Source: Vicugna vicugna (Eukaryota). Taken from it: 64,000 nucleotides of DNA. Every line of letters starts with the position of its first letter. The first letter of the stretch is position 1. The stretch covers positions 3,660,001 through 3,724,000 of the forward strand of contig MU058687.1 in the NCBI GenBank assembly GCA_013265495.1, read 5' to 3'. The position numbers and the translations under genes were made by a program. The notes under the pieces are model-generated. The model was given only the letters and a program-made list of their open reading frames with translations, searched no databases and was not told the DNA's origin. Shown in pieces: positions 40,306 to 51,023 of the stretch.

Positions 40306-40910
40306 TTTTTTAAAGCCTCACAACACCTATTTTTTTCTATATGATCTTTTCCCCAGCATTAGGTAAGAGATGAGTGGGTTTTTGTTTTTTTTTTTGCTCA
40401 TTACTCATCTTCTAATTTATTTTCACTGGTTCCTGTAAATATTTCTTTCAAAAATTCAAAGGTGAGGATCTGTCTTAGGCTGCCTTACACCAAACATTGT
40501 ATTGTCAAACGAAAAAGAAAAATCTAAAAAAATAAAAATAAAAATAAAAAAGTGTCATGTCATTTTCATGTCTTTTAATAGGTAAATAAGTTAAAATTGT
40601 CTGTGTGTTTAAATGTATAAAATGTTAGCACTTATCTTAAAAATAAATTTTGGCTATGTAACCCCGTGATATGAACATTGCAAAAATGTGCTGATATGGC
40701 TTTGGGGGTTTTATACTATTTTTGCATACGGGAAAACTGAGTGTATCATTAGGAGCTGAGCACAGGGTCCTAAAGCAGTTCTGGAGGAACCCGGGCCCTC
40801 CCTCCTGTTTGAGGCACCAAGTGTCCTGGGAATCACTAGGATAGCCTGGCTTGCAATCAGCACTCCATCAATATTTGTGAAATAGGATGCAATATTTTCC
40901 TGACACTCGG

Positions 40911-40940
40911 CCCTAATCTTCGTCTCCTTCTTCCTGCAGG
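40911..40940 (+). promoter_or_regulatory. 3' splice site (branch point, polypyrimidine tract, AG)
   Basis: ccctaatcttcgtctccttcttcctgcag|g. Confidence 0.75.
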
Positions 40941-41633
40941 TCTTTTCTCTGTGGTCCTGGGAGGCAGGTTATGGGCAGGACTGCCTCTGGCCCGCACCAT
41001 GAAGCCTGAGCCTGCTTCCACTGTGCCCCAGGCCCTGCTCTGCCTGAGCACTCAGCTTCCGGCTGCCTCCTTCCCTGCAGCCTCCTGCTGCTAGGAGGTA
41101 GACCTTCAGGACTGGTCCTTGGCTAGCTTCTACCTTTCACCTGGCTCACCTGACTGTTCACTCCTCCTCCATCACGGCCCCCCCAACCCCAGCCCTCTCC
41201 CCAGCCACCCTGGCTGGGGTGTTCGGGGGTCCGTTGGGAGGAGTGCGTTGCTGAAGGCTCCCACCTGCCGTGCGCTTTCTCCTTCTCGAAGCAAGGCCTC
41301 AGGATCCACATGGATAGCTGAGATCTGTTCTTGGAGAAAGACACTTTGCTCCTCACTTTACACCCTCACTTGCCCCACCTGATTGTCCTCCTTTACTGCT
41401 GTCCCTCCTGTCTCTTTTGAATTTCTTGTTCGTGTGCCTATCTGGGGCTTTCTTGTTCACTTTCCTCCTTCCTCATCCTCTCAACACTTGTGTGTGTGCC
41501 TCCTTCCTCTTGTGTGCTCTCTGTCCCCCTACCTGTCTCCTCTTCCTGGCTCCCTTCCACTGCAAAGGGGGATCGTCCCCTGAGAGCTGTTCCCTGCCTG
41601 TCTGCTCCTCCGGGCTTGGTCCCAGCAGCCACC
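40940..41633 (+). other. NRXN3: 5'UTR portion of the NRXN3-alpha first coding exon (exon ~40940-42342, 1403 nt)
   Basis: Strong 3' splice site: CCCTAAT branch-like motif (40911-40917), pyrimidine tract cttcgtctccttcttcctg, CAG|G (AG 40938-40939). The segment is repeat-free up to the ATG. Confidence 0.75.
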
Positions 41634-42342
41634 ATGAGCTTCTCCATGCACTCAGTTTTCTTCACCCTGAAGGTGAGCGTCCTGCTGGGGTCCCTGCTTG
41701 GGCTCTGCCTGGGTCTTGAGTTCATGGGCCTCCCCAACCAGTGGGCCCGCTACCTCCGCTGGGATGCCAGTACGCGCAGTGACCTGAGCTTCCAGTTCAA
41801 GACCAACGTCTCCACGGGGCTGCTCCTCTACCTGGACGACGGCGGCGTCTGCGACTTCCTCTGTCTCTCCCTGGTGGATGGCCGAGTGCAGCTTCGCTTC
41901 AGCATGGACTGTGCCGAGACCGCCGTGCTGTCCAACAAACAGGTGAACGACAGCAGCTGGCACTTCCTCATGGTGAGCCGTGACCGCCTGCGGACAGCAT
42001 TGGTGCTTGATGGCGAGGGCCAGTCTGGGGAGCTGCAGCCCCAGCGGCCCTACATGGATGTAGTCAGTGACTTGTTCCTCGGTGGAGTGCCCGCAGACAT
42101 ACGACCTTCTGCCCTTACCCTCGATGGAGTACAGGCCATACCCGGCTTCAAGGGATTAATCCTGGATCTCAAGTATGGCAACTCAGAGCCTCGGCTTCTG
42201 GGGAGCCAGGGAGTCCAGTTGGATGCGGAGGGACCCTGCGGTGAGCGTCCCTGTGAGAACGGTGGGATCTGCTTTCTCCTGGATGGCCACCCCACCTGTG
42301 ACTGTTCTACCACTGGCTATGGTGGCAAGCTCTGCTCAGAAG
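41634..42342 (+). CDS. NRXN3: Neurexin-3 alpha, first coding exon (partial CDS, 236 codons + 1 nt): signal peptide ~aa1-27, laminin-G/LNS1 domain, EGF-like domain 1
   Basis: Translation [71 protein letters not shown]...[35 protein letters not shown] matches the recognised NRXN3-alpha N-terminus. Kozak GCCACCATGA at 41634. Similarity ends at donor GAAG|GTGAGG (GT 42343-42344). Confidence 0.97.
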
Positions 42343-42348
42343 GTGAGG
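42340..42348 (+). promoter_or_regulatory. 5' splice donor, phase 1, after EGF1 (upstream of neurexin alternative splice site SS1)
   Basis: AAG|GTGAGG; protein similarity stops here. Confidence 0.92.
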
Positions 42349-42824
42349 CCCTCTTCCCTATCCCTCTGTCGCTAGAGGCCCACCCACTGGGTTGGGTAAG
42401 GACCCCTGATGGAAGCCAGCCCTATCCTTTAGTGCAAAGAAGAAAGAGGGTAGATGGACTACAGGTCCACATTTGGTTCTGCTGTAAACCCAGCCCTTTA
42501 GCTGTGCCCCTGCTCCCACAGTCTTCTGGAAGGTGTCTGCAGGGTGGTGTAGGAAGGCACAGAGACTGACTTTGTTAAATACTTAGAATCCAGATTCCTG
42601 GACTCCTAGACTCAGTAAAGGCCTAGATTTCAGGAGGAGGAACTGTTGAAGTGACAAAGTAAACATATGAGTGTGTATGTTGGGAGTTTGGGATGAGGAA
42701 GAGGCAAGGAAGTTACATTTCCTCCCATCCTCTTTGAATTAAGCACTGGGTTCCCCTAGACATGTTTGTGTCACAGTCTCATGCTGGTCTCTTCCTGGAG
42801 GTGGTGGGATAGTTGCAGGCAGCA

Positions 42825-42972
42825 CAGTGGTTCTCAGCCTTGGCCTCATGTTAGGATCACCTAGGGCAATTAAAAGACTCTTGGGCCACACCCTGGACCA
42901 GTTCAAGCATTGGTATGTTTTTAGATCTCCCCAGGTTATTCCACTGTGCAGGAAAGTTTGGAAACCTACAGG
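42825..42972. mobile_element. MER5A-like MITE
   Basis: cagtggttctcagccttggc...atcacctagggc...ctccccaggttattc...agtttggaaacc. Confidence 0.7.
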
Positions 42973-43848
42973 TTGAGGGAAGACAGGTGGGTGGGGCCAG
43001 ATGAGTGTCTAAGTCTGTCTCCCAGGATCTCTTCATTCAGGTGAGCACTCCCTGCCTTGGGATTTGTGATTAAAATAGTGTCTGCAGGTGTTCCTCAAAC
43101 TTCCCCTGAACAGCCCAATCCCTAAAGCAGGTTGTGGTTGATACAAACTTTGGCAACTGGTAGGTATTACATTTTTAAAAATAAAAACAAAGTTTATTTC
43201 ACAGGTGATACACGCTGGAGACTAGGACACTTTGGGAATCTTGTTGAAAGCCTCCTTGTAGGTCAAGTATGGGCTATTGCAAGAATGCTCCCTGGGTCTC
43301 CACCACTTCTTTCTTCTGGTTTGGGCATCACACCTCCCTTCCTGTGGGTGGGCTGCGGGAGAGGGAGACACAGGTTGTGCACGTTGTCCTTTTCTGGCTT
43401 CTCTTTTTCCCCACTGAACCCACTGGAAGAAGGGGTGGGGAGGAGGGGCAGAGGCAACCCCAGCCCACACAGCCACTTTGGGAATGTGGTTATTGAAGCA
43501 CTTACCACAAGTAGGTGCCTTCTGGAGTTGACTGCTGTTCCAAAGCTTCTTGGCTTTGGAGGAAGTTCTGCCTGAAGACGCTGACATGATCACTTGTTTT
43601 CTCCTTTGCCCAAAGGATCTGTTCTGTTCTCATAACTTGCAGTGAAAGCTGGCATTCTTCCTTTCTAGGGACCAGGGTGTTTGCAAGTGTGTTGTTAACT
43701 TGCTGATTATCCCTGATTGCATTTTTTGTGTTTAAAAAGAACTCATTTCCTCTGGGCAGGTTTGGATCAGCAGTTTTCTGCAGGAAGAATCTCTGTACTG
43801 TATATGTATACAATTTCTTTTCTCTCTCTTTTTTTGGTTTAGTTTGGA

Positions 43849-43868
43849 TGTGTGTGTGTGTGTGTGTG
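43849..43868. repeat. (TG)10 microsatellite
   Basis: Direct reading. Confidence 0.9.
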
Positions 43869-46800
43869 GTCTGCAGTGGAATTTCTTTGAAGCAGATGAT
43901 AGGCAGTCAGTCTTTTAATAGCTAAATACAATATTTATGTTTTAATAATAATTCTTTCTGTAGGGTTCAGCTCATTCATGGCTATGGATTGATACCTCTA
44001 TCTGTAGAAGACAAACACACAGCACGGCTCATTTATTCTCCTGATACATAAATAGAGTAAAGCAACTCTGTAGTAACTAACACGTGGTTGGTTTGAAGCA
44101 GTGCAAAGGTTGAGGTGAGGGCGGATATTGGGGGAGGTGCCAGAATTTACTGTTGGCGACTTGCTGCCTGTTGACCCTGATAATTGTCATTATGATCAAT
44201 CACAAAAATGGATTTCAGTGCTTTAGAAAATATACGTTCTCTCTACACATAGTTAATTTTTAGAGTAAGCAGGAAAAATTCACCTGTAAAATATGAAGGA
44301 ACAAAAATCACAGCAGCTGCCAAGTGTCAAGCAGCTCTGCATAAAACAAGATAAGCAGCCTAAACAAATGCCTACCCATTGTCCCAGATAGTGTGAAGTG
44401 TGTCGTGAGGCTGCATCCATTCCCTCCCCCTCCTCCATTTTAAATTGCACATGTCACAGAACTGAAAGGGGAGACTTACTCCCAGTAGTGGATCCTGTGT
44501 ACCAGGCACCTGATGGTCCCACTTTGCATGATGGGCCCTGCCATTTGGTTGTGTGAGAGTTTGCACTCAGCATGGAAGACCCATTTGTACTTCATGCTTT
44601 AGTAGTTCAAGAGCAGGAAATGTTGGGAGAGCTCCTGCAGCTTCAGATGGATGTGGTCAGGGCCTGTTGGAGGCGCTCTCTGTGGTCCATTAGCTTCCAG
44701 CATGCTGGCGGTGTTGATGTTTGTTTGGCTCGTCTGACTTTCCATGCCTCACTGGCGCCAGAATGTCTCCATCCTGCACCCTGGGAAGAATGCACGGATA
44801 GGCCCCTTTCTTCTGTGTGCTTTGGGCTATTTTGATCTCTTGTTGGGTACTTTTTCTAGGTAAGACCCACAAGACACTGGAGACAGTTGCTGTGGGAAAG
44901 CTGGGCCTAGGGGACGAGTATGGATGTGTTATCTTCTTCCTGTGGTGAAAGGCTATTGGCTCTGGCTGCAGACTGAACCCCACACAGCCTACTTGGGAAA
45001 ACTTCATTCCAAGACTGACAACCCAATGAATGGTCACATTGAATGTTCTGGCATGTGATGGAGGGAGAAGAGGTCCCAGATTTTTACTTCTAGGTGTTAT
45101 GTTTATAAATAAAATGTTCGGGTGCTCAACTTCAGATTTATTCAAGTTGACTTTTAATCTTGCCTAAAATGACTTTAAAATTATGCATATCTGGTTTGGA
45201 ATATAGTCAAGCTACGTATGGTAGACCATACCCACTTTGCTTTTTCTGTTTAGCCCAGTCTGTCCTGTTATGGGTATCCCTGAAGCTCACCGGGTGAAAG
45301 AGGTGTCCCCAGCTCCTTCCAGAGAGCATCCCCCTCATGGGTCATTGGAAGCTCATCATTACCTTGAAATGAGTTTAAATGAGTTTATTTTTAAAACATT
45401 CTTAGTTATGAATGTGCATGTATTGAATTTCTCAACAATCTTATGGCCCTGAAGAATTGATTCACTGCCAAGGTATATAAATTTCAGTACCACTTTCCCT
45501 GAAGAGCTCATTTAGCACGGAATCAGCCTGCTGCAGGTGGGATGGGGCTAAGGAAAGATAGGGACACTTTCACAGGTTGATCTCTACCCCCAAATCTAAT
45601 TACTGGCCCTACCTATGTTACATACCATTTGTGTGCCCATGCTTTTAGGTTAATTCAGTGAAGAGACATGAGGTCCTATTCAGTTGGCAAAAAAAAAAAA
45701 AAATGTTAGTTCATTGTCTGCTATCTTTTCCTGCTGACTTGGGCAGGTGCCCGGACCCAAAGCTGCTTGCCTTGAATCTCAGCTGTTAAGTTTTCCGGTG
45801 TCAGGATCCTCCAGTGAAGTACAGAGGTGGGTGTGGGTGACAGGGGCCAGAATTTTATTAGAAGCACACTGTTGTGTGGTTCCCACTAGCCTCCCATCCC
45901 CCATCCCTCCTGCTGTCTGAAGCTGACATCCTACTCAGATTGGTTTGATTGATGGCTCCACACCACTGTGTGGCCCTGGTATGCCTTCCTGAAAGTGAAT
46001 TTCAGTTAGTTTTCTTTTTATTGAGAATCTTGTGTCTCTTCCCCCATTTCTCAAAGCCAGAACTGGGATGGAATAGTATTCCAAGAGGAGTCGCTTATCC
46101 CTGAGTCTTTACCAAGGGCCAAAGACATCAGATACTGTAGTACAGGGACCAATGGTTGCCTCACTGGATCCTCCTGTTTTGGGCACTTGCGTAAATATAC
46201 AGTCGTCTCCCCTCCCACTCCCCATTGCATCTCCTGCTAGAATAGTAACGTGGCTTTGTTCCTAATCTGTGTCAACTCCAAATGGCCTAGGAGAGGGGCA
46301 GGGAGGGGTAAGTAATCAGAGAGTAAAGGCTAACTCCTTTCAGAATCCTCCCCCCTGGTATGGAGACAGTAGCGGAGAAGCACGGAGGACTGCTGCTTCT
46401 GAGACTTGATTTCCCACCTGGCATTAGGCATTAGGACCAGCCCCAGCTCTCCACCAGCCCAGCCAGCCAGCCAGCAGGGGCTGTCGCTAAACGAGCCTGA
46501 ATAGGGGTCTGATTGCTCCTTTCTCCTCCTCTCCTCCTGATTACCCAGCGAGATTTCCTGGGTATGCTGTATGCTAAATGGCAGAGCAGCCGCCTGCCAC
46601 TTGCTCCAATTATCCCTCTTTTAACTGCAAGGGAAGAGCAATTTTTTTTTAATCCCCCCCACCCCCATAGTATCTCTGCCTCCTTTAAAGGAGTAAGACC
46701 CTTCTTTCTTGTCCCCCCTTCAGTGGGGTGAGAGCAGCCTTCTCCCTTCTCACGGCCTGCACACCAGCTGCTGGCTGCAAAGCGGGTGGGCCTTGGATAA

Positions 46801-47211
46801 TACTTCAGTCCAGATTCAGCAGAGTTGAGGGTCAGGCAGGCATTTTGCCAGGAGCCTTCGAGTAGCAGTGAACTTGCATTTGCATTTGGTAATGAGACAC
46901 CGCAGGCCCAGTGCTGGGGGCTAATCATCTTCAAGTCCCCTATCTCCCTTTGCAGGCTGTCCCAGGGAGGTTTCCAGCTCAGGGAACAGCTGCCCTCAGT
47001 GAGGTCTTCTCCCTCCTTCACAGGACAGAAGAGGTGGGTGTGGGCTGTGCTTGGGGGACGGGACCAACATGCCCTTCCCAGCGAAGTCTACTGCCTTGTA
47101 ATCACTGGCCCTCATGGTGTCCATCCAGAGCAGCGAGGCCCCAGAGGTAGACATGGCATGAGAGGCTGTGGGGCAGGGCTCTGACGATGGGGTTCCCTTC
47201 CTGAGACAAAG

Positions 47212-47755
47212 ATAATGATGATGTTATTATTACTATTATTGAGTACCACCATGTGCCTGGCATCCTAGGAGCTTTATATTAAACCTTGTCTCCTCTAGTC
47301 CTCACAACATGCCCGTGCAGTTGATATCAGTAACTAGCCCTATTTTGCAGATGAGAAAACTGAGGAGCAGAGAAATTTAAAACTTGAACAAGGCTTAGTG
47401 TGGTGGTTAAGAGCATGGCTTCAGGAGTGGGAAAGGAGCTGGATTTGAATCTAGGCTTGTCCACTTACATGTTGTCTGTCTTTGGAGAAGGTTTTGGAAG
47501 CTTCAGCATCCTCTTCAGTAATAACAACAGCAGTTTATAGTCGCAGGGCACTCACTCCTTGCCTGCTCTGTATTCGCTCTTGTGACCCAAAGAACCATTC
47601 TTGAAACACTATTATTATTCTAATTTTGTAGATAAGGAAGCTTACCGAAGGGTGAATAACTCCTCCAAGGTCACACTGCTCATTAGGGGCAGAGCTGGAC
47701 TTCCTGTCTAAGAAGTCTGGCCCCACAGCCCCGCACTCTTAATTTAACCACTGTG
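47212..47755. mobile_element. Cluster of MIR fragments in both orientations
   Basis: ttttgcagatgagaaaactgagg; gtggttaagagcatggcttc; ttttgtagataaggaagc...caaggtcacac. Confidence 0.75.
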
Positions 47756-48854
47756 TTATCCGGCCTTGCAGCAAAGCAGTCAGGTTGTTGCTGAGAGCGT
47801 GGAATGAGACGAAACATATAGAGTTATCAGCATTGTCTCTGGGAAAGAATGAGGCCTGACTCTGGGCTGTTGGCCACGTGGTGGGTGTAACAAATTATGT
47901 GTCAATTTGGTTTCCTAGAAAGTTTGACCCTTCCCTTTGAGCCACCCCCACCTGTGTCATTTTCCTTCATCCTAGTTGGGGAGGTGGCAGAGAGAAAAAG
48001 GAGAGGAATTTCAGGAGGGTATAGAATCCAGTTTCATCACCATTTTGCCCCTGCCTAGGAGCATGGGGTCACTGACAATGGTTGTGCCCGTTGGACTGTA
48101 TTCAGAACTCTTGGCCTGCAAACGTGGTGTTCTGGCCCCCATAGCATCCCGACGAGGTGGGTAGGACAGGCCTTACCATCCCACTGAATAGGTGAGGAGA
48201 CCCAGGCTCAAGGTGTCATTGAACTTGTGGGTAGACAGGTGAGGGCCAGGTGGGCTGCTGCCTATTTGGCAGGCGGCTGTGGGACTTGAGAGCCCAGATT
48301 CTCAACATAGCATTTTATTTCTGCTCCTAGGCTCCCTTCATTAACACAAATGGCCTGTGTCTCCATTGTGCAATGGAGCATTGCCTCCCTGGATGCTGAT
48401 GATAAGCAAAATGTCAAACTCCTGGGGCAGGAGGTTGGCTAGTCCTGGGAGCCTTGCTCTTCCCAGTCAGAGAGAAAGAGAGAATATGAAAGTGAGAGAG
48501 AATGAATGAATCTGAGTGTGCAATTTCTACCTTCAAGACCCTGGCTTGAAACAAAGTGCCTGGGAATTGGACCTGTGGGTCCCGAGGCAGTGGGAGCACA
48601 GCTGCCCCACCCTGGAGCATCGCTCGACAGGAAGACCTCTTCAGACTTACCTTTGGTTTCCCAGGTACCGGCAAGTGCCCAGCAGCCCACCCGGGGCTGG
48701 CGGTAAAAGATGGGTCTCCTGGATTAATCTTTTACACTCCTTGCTCTCCTGCTGCTTTCTGACTCTCTTCCCAGATAATAAAACCAAACTCTTTCTCTCT
48801 CTGTTTATTTTTCTCTTTTCGTGTGTGTGCTGGGGGCAAAGGGGGTGGTCATTA

Positions 48855-49013
48855 CAGAGGCGGATTTGCCACAAAACTCAACCTTTCATATATTTTCACT
48901 TGCCTGGGCCCCTTTCAGGGCCCCATATCTAATATTGTATTTGTGATTTTTTTTTCTTAAGGAATCTCCAGTATTGTAAGCTTCTGGCCCCTGCCTCTGT
49001 GGATCCGCCTCTG
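48855..49013 (+). mobile_element. MER53-like hAT MITE with perfect 11-bp TIRs
   Basis: CAGAGGCGGAT (48855-48865) ... ATCCGCCTCTG (49003-49013); internal gggcccctttcagggcccc, gtaagcttctggcccc. Confidence 0.8.
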
Positions 49014-50794
49014 TTAAGATGACTTGTTGCTGTCCGGGGACAGCAATGTTGGCTCTGGGTGTGTGTGTGATTCCCCAAGTGTCCTACACCCCTTCATCAC
49101 AGACACATTTCCCTTCACTTCATCACCAACAGGGCAGGAAGAGCCATGGAGAGGGCGGATGGGAGGCTGAAGGCATAGTGGAATATCATTTGGGCAGGTG
49201 TGGTGGGAGCTGGGGACATCCAGGATCGACAGTGGGCAGAGAGAAGACGTGTTTAGAAATGTTTGCTGTAGATTTGGAGGAACAAGCTGGTGTTTAAGCA
49301 GAGGGAGCACCCCGGCACCCCTCCTGAGATTTCTCAGCTGAAGTTGGGATGTTTGGTTTGCCACGGCTCGGTTACAGGTGACAGGCTGTGGCTGACGGGA
49401 GAGAGGGAAGAAGCGTGGCTCTGCAGGCCTGTCTCTGTGATCTGTTTGGGAGCTGACAGTGCCAGTGGGTTGTCATTACTGCTGTTGTTCTCCAGAAATT
49501 GATGTCTTTGGGTGACCTATTTAAAAGCAATATGGGGCCCCTTTAAGTGTGTCATCATCTATATCTGCTCTCAAACCTCCACTGCTGTCCACAGTGTTCC
49601 TGAATAGTGTATTTTCCAAAGTTAAAAAAAAAATTTTTTTTAAACCCAGGAACCAGTACCAGCAGCTTTTAAAAACAAATTGATCTCATAGTCATCCAAA
49701 TTACCCAGCTCCACTCTGTGATAAGACTTACATTTGCAAGTGGGCCTAGAAATTGTGAATGCTTTCAGCTCCTCAAGGGGGAAACACTGTTTTCCTGAAG
49801 GATGCTCAAGGGACGAAAGAGGGTGGAGATGAAGGAAAGGCAGGGACACGAGCTGCAGGCAATGAGGAGCTCCTGGTTTAAGCTTTGAAATGTGTGTAGG
49901 ATCCTTTTGGTATTACTCAGGCTCTTACTTAAGTATGGCATCTTTGCAGCTGAGAAGATGTCTCGGGGAGCTTTTCCTTCAAGTTTTTCCATGAAATTCT
50001 GTGAATCCAACCCTCTTCTGACATTTTTGCCTCTCGCCTATGAATTTGGTTCTCCTGAAGTGGTCCTGTTTGCTGGTGCAAAGTCCTTAGAGGCCAGAGT
50101 CTCAACAGTCCCATGGTTGCTGGCAGAGTTAGGGCTTGGTGTCTCCACTCCAGGAGGCAGGGCGTTTCAGGCAATTCCATAACCTTTCCTCCAGGTGTGA
50201 ATGGAGTAGAAAAGTGAAGTGAGAGAATGTACAACTCATTTACTCAATAAACTGCTTTCAAATGAAAATGAGTAACCTGTTGCAAGGAGGATGGGCAAGG
50301 CTGAAATTTCTTCCCTGTGGTCTAAGCAGTGGGAAAGGGCTCAGCAAACACAGTCTCTTCCTTCCTCCTCATTCTCTCAGGTTTCTCGCCTCTTGGGAAG
50401 GGGTCCTGTCTCTCACATGGCTAGCCTTAGCTAAGGGGATAAGGAAGGGCGGGCTCGAGAGTGTTAAGCTTCTCACCCGTGGGATTCTGGGAGACTCATG
50501 GTCATCCCCGAGCATACTTGCTTGATCTAGGTCAGGAAAGACAAGGCTGAGTTTAGGCTAAGGCGATGTACTATGAGACTCTTCTTTTAAGGAGACACAC
50601 TGAAATGTGGAGGGACTCTGAGGGTGTGGGAGAAGTGAAATCATCTCTGAGGGATGAAGAACAGATCCTGTGACCCGTGTAGAGGACAGCAAGACATTTA
50701 CATTGCCTTCTAGTCATGGCTTTGCTTGTGTAATGCACTGAAAACCAGGGTTCATGGTGAAGAATCATGGAATAATACATTTGGAGGGGACTTT

Positions 50795-51023
50795 TTTTTT
50801 AATTGAGGCATAATTGACATATTAGCTTCAGGTATATAACATAGTGATTTGATATTTGTACATATTGCAAAATAATCTCCACAATAAGTCTAGTTAACAC
50901 CCATCACCATACAGAGTTACAAAATTTTTTCCCTATCATGAGAATTTTTAAGATCAGCTCTTTTAGCAACTTTTAAATGTGCAATACAGTATTATTAACT
51001 GTAGTCACTGTGCTGTACATTAC
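50795..51023 (-). mobile_element. 5'-truncated L1 (L1MA-like) 3' end with 13-bp TSD
   Basis: T-tract followed by L1 3' end antisense (aattgaggcataattgacat...tacagtattattaactgtagtcactgtgctgtacatta). TSD TGGAGGGGACTTT at 50782-50794 and 51024-51036. Confidence 0.85.

Noticed and set aside
41490..41633. 48-aa N-terminal extension in the ORF track (359-aa ORF)
   Set aside because: It starts at a non-ATG codon in the 5'UTR. The true start has a Kozak context and directly begins the signal peptide.
44672..44692. REST/RE1-like site GGCGCTCTCTGTGGTCCATTA
   Set aside because: One half-site is degenerate (lacks CTGA), so it is too weak to call.
49027..49046. Palindrome TTGCTGTCC-GG-GGACAGCAA
   Set aside because: 9-bp arms are expected by chance in 64 kb.
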